Assembly: GCA_044892505.1 (NCBI GenBank)
Contig: CM097882.1
Coordinates: 15,376,001 to 15,440,000 of the forward strand
Direction of reading: 5' to 3'
DNA length: 64,000 nucleotides
From: Schmidtea nova
Lineage: Eukaryota
The stretch's first letter is position 1; every line of letters begins with the position of its first letter. Positions 60,558 through 64,000 of this stretch are shown one piece after another. The translations under genes and the position numbers were made by a program. The notes beneath the pieces were generated by a model. That model did not search any database. It was given only the letters and a program-made list of their open reading frames with translations, and was not told the DNA's origin.

Positions 60558-60925
60558 AATTTTGTTCTGATAGATTTAAAAATAGATTTAAAAATTTGAA
60601 AGTAAAAAGTGACGAAATAATGCAAGTATATACTATATAAAGATGAATTTTATTAACCGACCAATCAGAATCGAGACAGGATAGGCAAATACATGCACAC
60701 ATACTGCACACTCAATGTACTTTGTTTATGTGTTTGACGTCACGATACTTGCTTTGTATCGTGACAAAGACATGATATGACATGTTTTATCATGTGCTTA
60801 TCACGCACTGATCACGCACTGGTCATGTCTTTATGATTAAAATAATAATATTTAATATTAATAATAATAAAAATAATAATATTTTATAAAAATAATAATA
60901 AAAAAAATAAAATCACATAATATAT

Positions 60926-61327
60926 TTATTGTTTTAAATAATCTACAACAGCAGACAAGCACCCTTTATAGGCACACATACAATGGTCTTTATAGGGACA
61001 TGAAATGTTTTCAGGAACATATTCAACTTCTTTATAATTATATTTAATTAATCTTAATTTCGGGAAATACTTCTTCAAAACATGTAACTTTTCATTATCG
61101 GTAACATAGAAAATAGCTCCTTTATCTGTAATATCATCCATTATACATTTTGGGCAAAAATAATCTTGTCCTTCAAACGAATCGATACGATCAGGCCAGA
61201 AAGATAAATCACTGTATATATAATACTGGGGTGTGAAAATATTATTGACATTCATAATACATAATTCCTTAATTGTTGTACCACCCATTTCATTATAACC
61301 ATAAAAATCGATAAAATAACAAGACAT
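60926..61327 (-). CDS. Polinton accessory protein, DnaQ/DEDD-like N-terminus with a C-terminal Cys/His cluster
   Basis: FIDFYGY...IKEL, FYVTDNEKLHVL, CPYKDHCMCA. Confidence 0.55.
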   Translation of the reverse strand: MSCYFIDFYGYNEMGGTTIKELCIMNVNNIFTPQYYIYSDLSFWPDRIDSFEGQDYFCPKCIMDDITDKGAIFYVTDNEKLHVLKKYFPKLRLIKYNYKEVEYVPENISCPYKDHCMCAYKGCLSAVVDYLKQ

Positions 61328-61359
61328 TTTTTCAAATAAAATTTATTAAAATAAATTGT

Positions 61360-61827
61360 TTATAACACTGATTTCAACCATGCAAGGCAATGTTCACCAC
61401 AAGTGATTGTTAAAGGATCCTGATACCGAATTCTATTATACACAATAGGTTTACCAATAGTTTGAAGTTTTCGAACAAGTAAATTCGTATAATAATATCC
61501 AAAGGGATCAAATACATGTATTCGATCTGGTTTCACGTAAACTGCAATCCAATGTTCACCGCCCAACGTAGATGTCTGAGTATTTACAATGATGGTTTGA
61601 TTCATTTTCAAATAAGGTATTTTATCCAGAGGAAATACTCCAATAAATTGATTTCCCAATAGTTTTTTACCTTGTTTTAATACCTGAATAGAACTAATTA
61701 AAAATTAATTCCCAATAGTTTTTTACCTTGTTTTAATACCTGAATAGAACTAATTAAAAATAAATAATTAATTAAATAAAAATCTTACTCCATGATGATA
61801 ATAATAACTTATAATAAATTTGGTCAT
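61360..61827 (-). CDS. Adenain-like cysteine protease, probably with a spliced first exon
   Basis: FIGVFPLD, IVNT...GEHW, FDPFG, YQDPLTITCGEHC. Upstream ATG at 61827, donor GTAAG at 61788, acceptor TTCAG duplicated (61740 and 61684). Confidence 0.88.
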
Positions 61828-61894
61828 TTATACTGTTTGAACTTAAACCAATACTGTTTAAGCTTTGCTTAAACCAAAAATGTTTAAGCAGAGC

Positions 61895-63115
61895 TCAAAC
61901 CAATATTGTTCGATTGGCAGTAATTTGAACTTCATTTTCAAAAACTCCATATATAACTACATGAACCGGTTCATCAATAGGTTTTGCAAATTTTATAACG
62001 AGTCGTAAATTCCCGTTTTGAGGGATTTGGCTTTGATTCAAATCAAAATCGGGAGCCAGAACAAATGTAAAGAATGGATAACTAGATTTAAATTCATCTA
62101 GACCAATACCACAATTCAAGTTTTTATCCAAATAACCTAGATTTCGGACAAGACTTTGCATATATGATGAACTAAAATTATCATTTTCAAAATCCTGGGT
62201 ATATGTTTCACGATAATCGGTATTTTTCGACAATGTTAATGAAGTCACATTAAAATGTTTGAATGTAGATGTTGACTCGGTATAAGATCCATTATATTGA
62301 TTTTCGGATTGAAAAGCCACAAGAATGAAATTAGGCATTCGTCTATCTCCAAATATTTGCTCCTTGTAAAATGACGATGCCCCTTTACCGATTGCAAACG
62401 ATACGATTTCTTTTGATTTTAGAGGATAAATTGCATGATTTTTATTTAAACCAATTTGATGACCGGCCAATACTGAAGATTCACATCGAACTCTTCTTAC
62501 CATCAATTTTGCATCAACTATTTGGATTATTGGTTTACCAGCTACCGATTTCAGTGATAATGCAGAATCAGATCGCTTCAATCTAATATGTACATTAACT
62601 CCGGGAAGTAAGTATTTAGGTTGATCCATAAAATCCAGTTGTAATGATGAACACATGTTGAAAGGATTCGATCCTTTAATCCATTTTTTCCTATCGTCAG
62701 CTGAACCATATCCCATTCGAGTAAGACATGTTTCTTTCGCATCATTCGTATAATTTAAAATAGTTTCGATTATTGCCTTGTGCGCATATGTATTGTTGCC
62801 ACCCTCGATTTTTATATTATTAAATCCGAGAATTACATCTTTGGAAAGTGTATGAAACAAGTAATTATTAGGAACTACATCACTCGCATCAGCTAGAGCT
62901 TTTTTATCTTTATCTACAACCTTGACAGTAATGGACAATAATGTATCGTACAAATCCAAATATTCAGTTTGAGAACCATTAATGTAAAATTCAACATCAT
63001 TTCTACTATCTGTAATAGAGTTCATTGGAAACACATCTTCAAACACCCCATATTCAATAACTGCTTGAGGTGATGGTCGATCAAAAAGACATAATTCAGA
63101 TTTACCGCAAATCAT
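61895..63115 (-). CDS. Polinton major capsid protein (double jelly-roll, inferred)
   Basis: KSELCLFD...Q, VEFYING...EYLDL, NNYLFHTL, QPKYLLPGVNVHIRLKRS, FKHFNV, FTFVLAPD, GNLRLVIKFAKP. Confidence 0.9.
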   Translation of the reverse strand: MICGKSELCLFDRPSPQAVIEYGVFEDVFPMNSITDSRNDVEFYINGSQTEYLDLYDTLLSITVKVVDKDKKALADASDVVPNNYLFHTLSKDVILGFNNIKIEGGNNTYAHKAIIETILNYTNDAKETCLTRMGYGSADDRKKWIKGSNPFNMCSSLQLDFMDQPKYLLPGVNVHIRLKRSDSALSLKSVAGKPIIQIVDAKLMVRRVRCESSVLAGHQIGLNKNHAIYPLKSKEIVSFAIGKGASSFYKEQIFGDRRMPNFILVAFQSENQYNGSYTESTSTFKHFNVTSLTLSKNTDYRETYTQDFENDNFSSSYMQSLVRNLGYLDKNLNCGIGLDEFKSSYPFFTFVLAPDFDLNQSQIPQNGNLRLVIKFAKPIDEPVHVVIYGVFENEVQITANRTILV

Positions 63116-63495
63116 TCTTCAAATATAGTTCCATGACCTTTCATTCGTTTGTTTATACGCTTTCGTTTACGTCTTGGTCCTACCGGTACAGATTCCGGTT
63201 CCTTGTTTTTTGTAAACATACTTGTAATTGAAGGAAGCATTTGTGTTACAGCAGGTATAGCTTTATTAACTGCGGCTAAAGCATTGGTTTTCAATGATGG
63301 TAATATTTTATTATCTTTCATGATAACGTCCTTGGCAGTATTCATTCCGAAATTACCTAGTCGTCTAAGAATTGGAAGTGCAAATCTCCCAATAGTTTTC
63401 AACCAACCTGATCCACACTGTTTACCGACAAAATACGGTAATTCACCACCAGTTTGGCTATCACTGTACATTGAAACTATATCGGGATTACTCAT
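63112..63495 (-). CDS. Small basic core-like Polinton protein
   Basis: SQTGGELPYFVGKQCGSGW...RFALPILRRLG; basic tail RRKRKRINKRMKGHG. Overlaps the MCP start (ATGA). Confidence 0.75.
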   Translation of the reverse strand: MSNPDIVSMYSDSQTGGELPYFVGKQCGSGWLKTIGRFALPILRRLGNFGMNTAKDVIMKDNKILPSLKTNALAAVNKAIPAVTQMLPSITSMFTKNKEPESVPVGPRRKRKRINKRMKGHGTIFEE

Positions 63496-64000
63496 CGTTT
63501 TTTCGAAAATGTAGAGTTAAGTGAGTTTTTGAATCTTTTGGAAATTTTATAAATCTTCCGCTGTCATCCCGGATATTTATTTCTATATTGTTTATACAGG
63601 ATGTTGAAACAGATAAATACATTGGATTTTCTACTTGTATTTGAAAAATTTCGTCTTGTTTGTATTTTTCAATCCATACCGATTTCAGTAAAGGAACCAA
63701 GGAATCACCAACAATAATGGGTTCGATAATGTTAGTATACACGAATAATTGTTGATGAAGTTTAGAAATTTTCGGTTGACGAATACCAGAAATGATATTT
63801 TTATCGGTAAAAATATCCTTATCTAATCCCAATGTATTGACCAAGTATTTATCAAATTTCACTTGAGTAATGTTTTCTTTCAGTTTAAATTTGAACAATT
63901 TATTTAATTCGACAACTGTAAAAATATCCGAACAATTATCGCTAATATATTTCTGTAATTCATCTAGTTGTGTTATATACAACTCCTCTTTGAATGTGAA
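63488..64000 (-). CDS. Polinton minor capsid (penton) protein, C-terminal part
   Basis: LFVYTNIIEPIIVGDSLVPLL, NPMYLSV, IEINIRDDSGRFI, THLTLHFRK. 5' end lies beyond the window. Confidence 0.8.
   Translation of the reverse strand, partial: FTFKEELYITQLDELQKYISDNCSDIFTVVELNKLFKFKLKENITQVKFDKYLVNTLGLDKDIFTDKNIISGIRQPKISKLHQQLFVYTNIIEPIIVGDSLVPLLKSVWIEKYKQDEIFQIQVENPMYLSVSTSCINNIEINIRDDSGRFIKFPKDSKTHLTLHFRKNDE

Larger units (their letters stand above)
46561..64000 (-). mobile_element. Polinton/Maverick (adintovirus-like) element, inactivated; continues beyond the window
   Basis: pPolB, adenain, MCP and penton are co-oriented. Candidate terminus AGTAGGTAG at 46561 is followed by TTTTTTAACACAAA-like arrays. 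Integrase and ATPase not seen in the window. Confidence 0.92.

Overview
AT-rich, gapped eukaryotic scaffold. Planarian-like host is an inference from ~50-bp introns, (TAA)n/(TA)n richness and a NeSL plus Polinton repertoire. The window is almost entirely mobile DNA. (1) ABCD and DEDDh-exonuclease pseudogene remnants (1-2.2 kb). (2) A NeSL-clade non-LTR retrotransposon whose three 'ORFs' are one 2355-codon frame (Zn finger, three Ulp1-like modules, RT, RLE), flanked by ~2.2-kb direct repeats that carry paired 62-nt hairpins. (3) A 3.94-kb tandem array (15.2-24.3 kb) whose unit reconstructs to one decayed polyprotein: RING/IBR finger, ribonucleotide-reductase R2-like pseudo-enzyme, ubiquitin(GG), BEL/Pao Gag, coiled coil. 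This is the most unusual feature. (4) A hAT remnant and a 495-bp TRIM-like mini LTR element inserted in an SLC43-like exon. (5) A decayed Gypsy element (30.8-35.4 kb). (6) Several AGT-starting Polinton-type ends. (7) A Polinton/Maverick (46.6 kb to window end: penton, core-like protein, MCP, adenain, DEDD-like protein, a predicted spliced gene, pPolB) whose pPolB is split by a near-intact CsRn1-like Gypsy. All family assignments come from motif recognition by eye; no searches were run.
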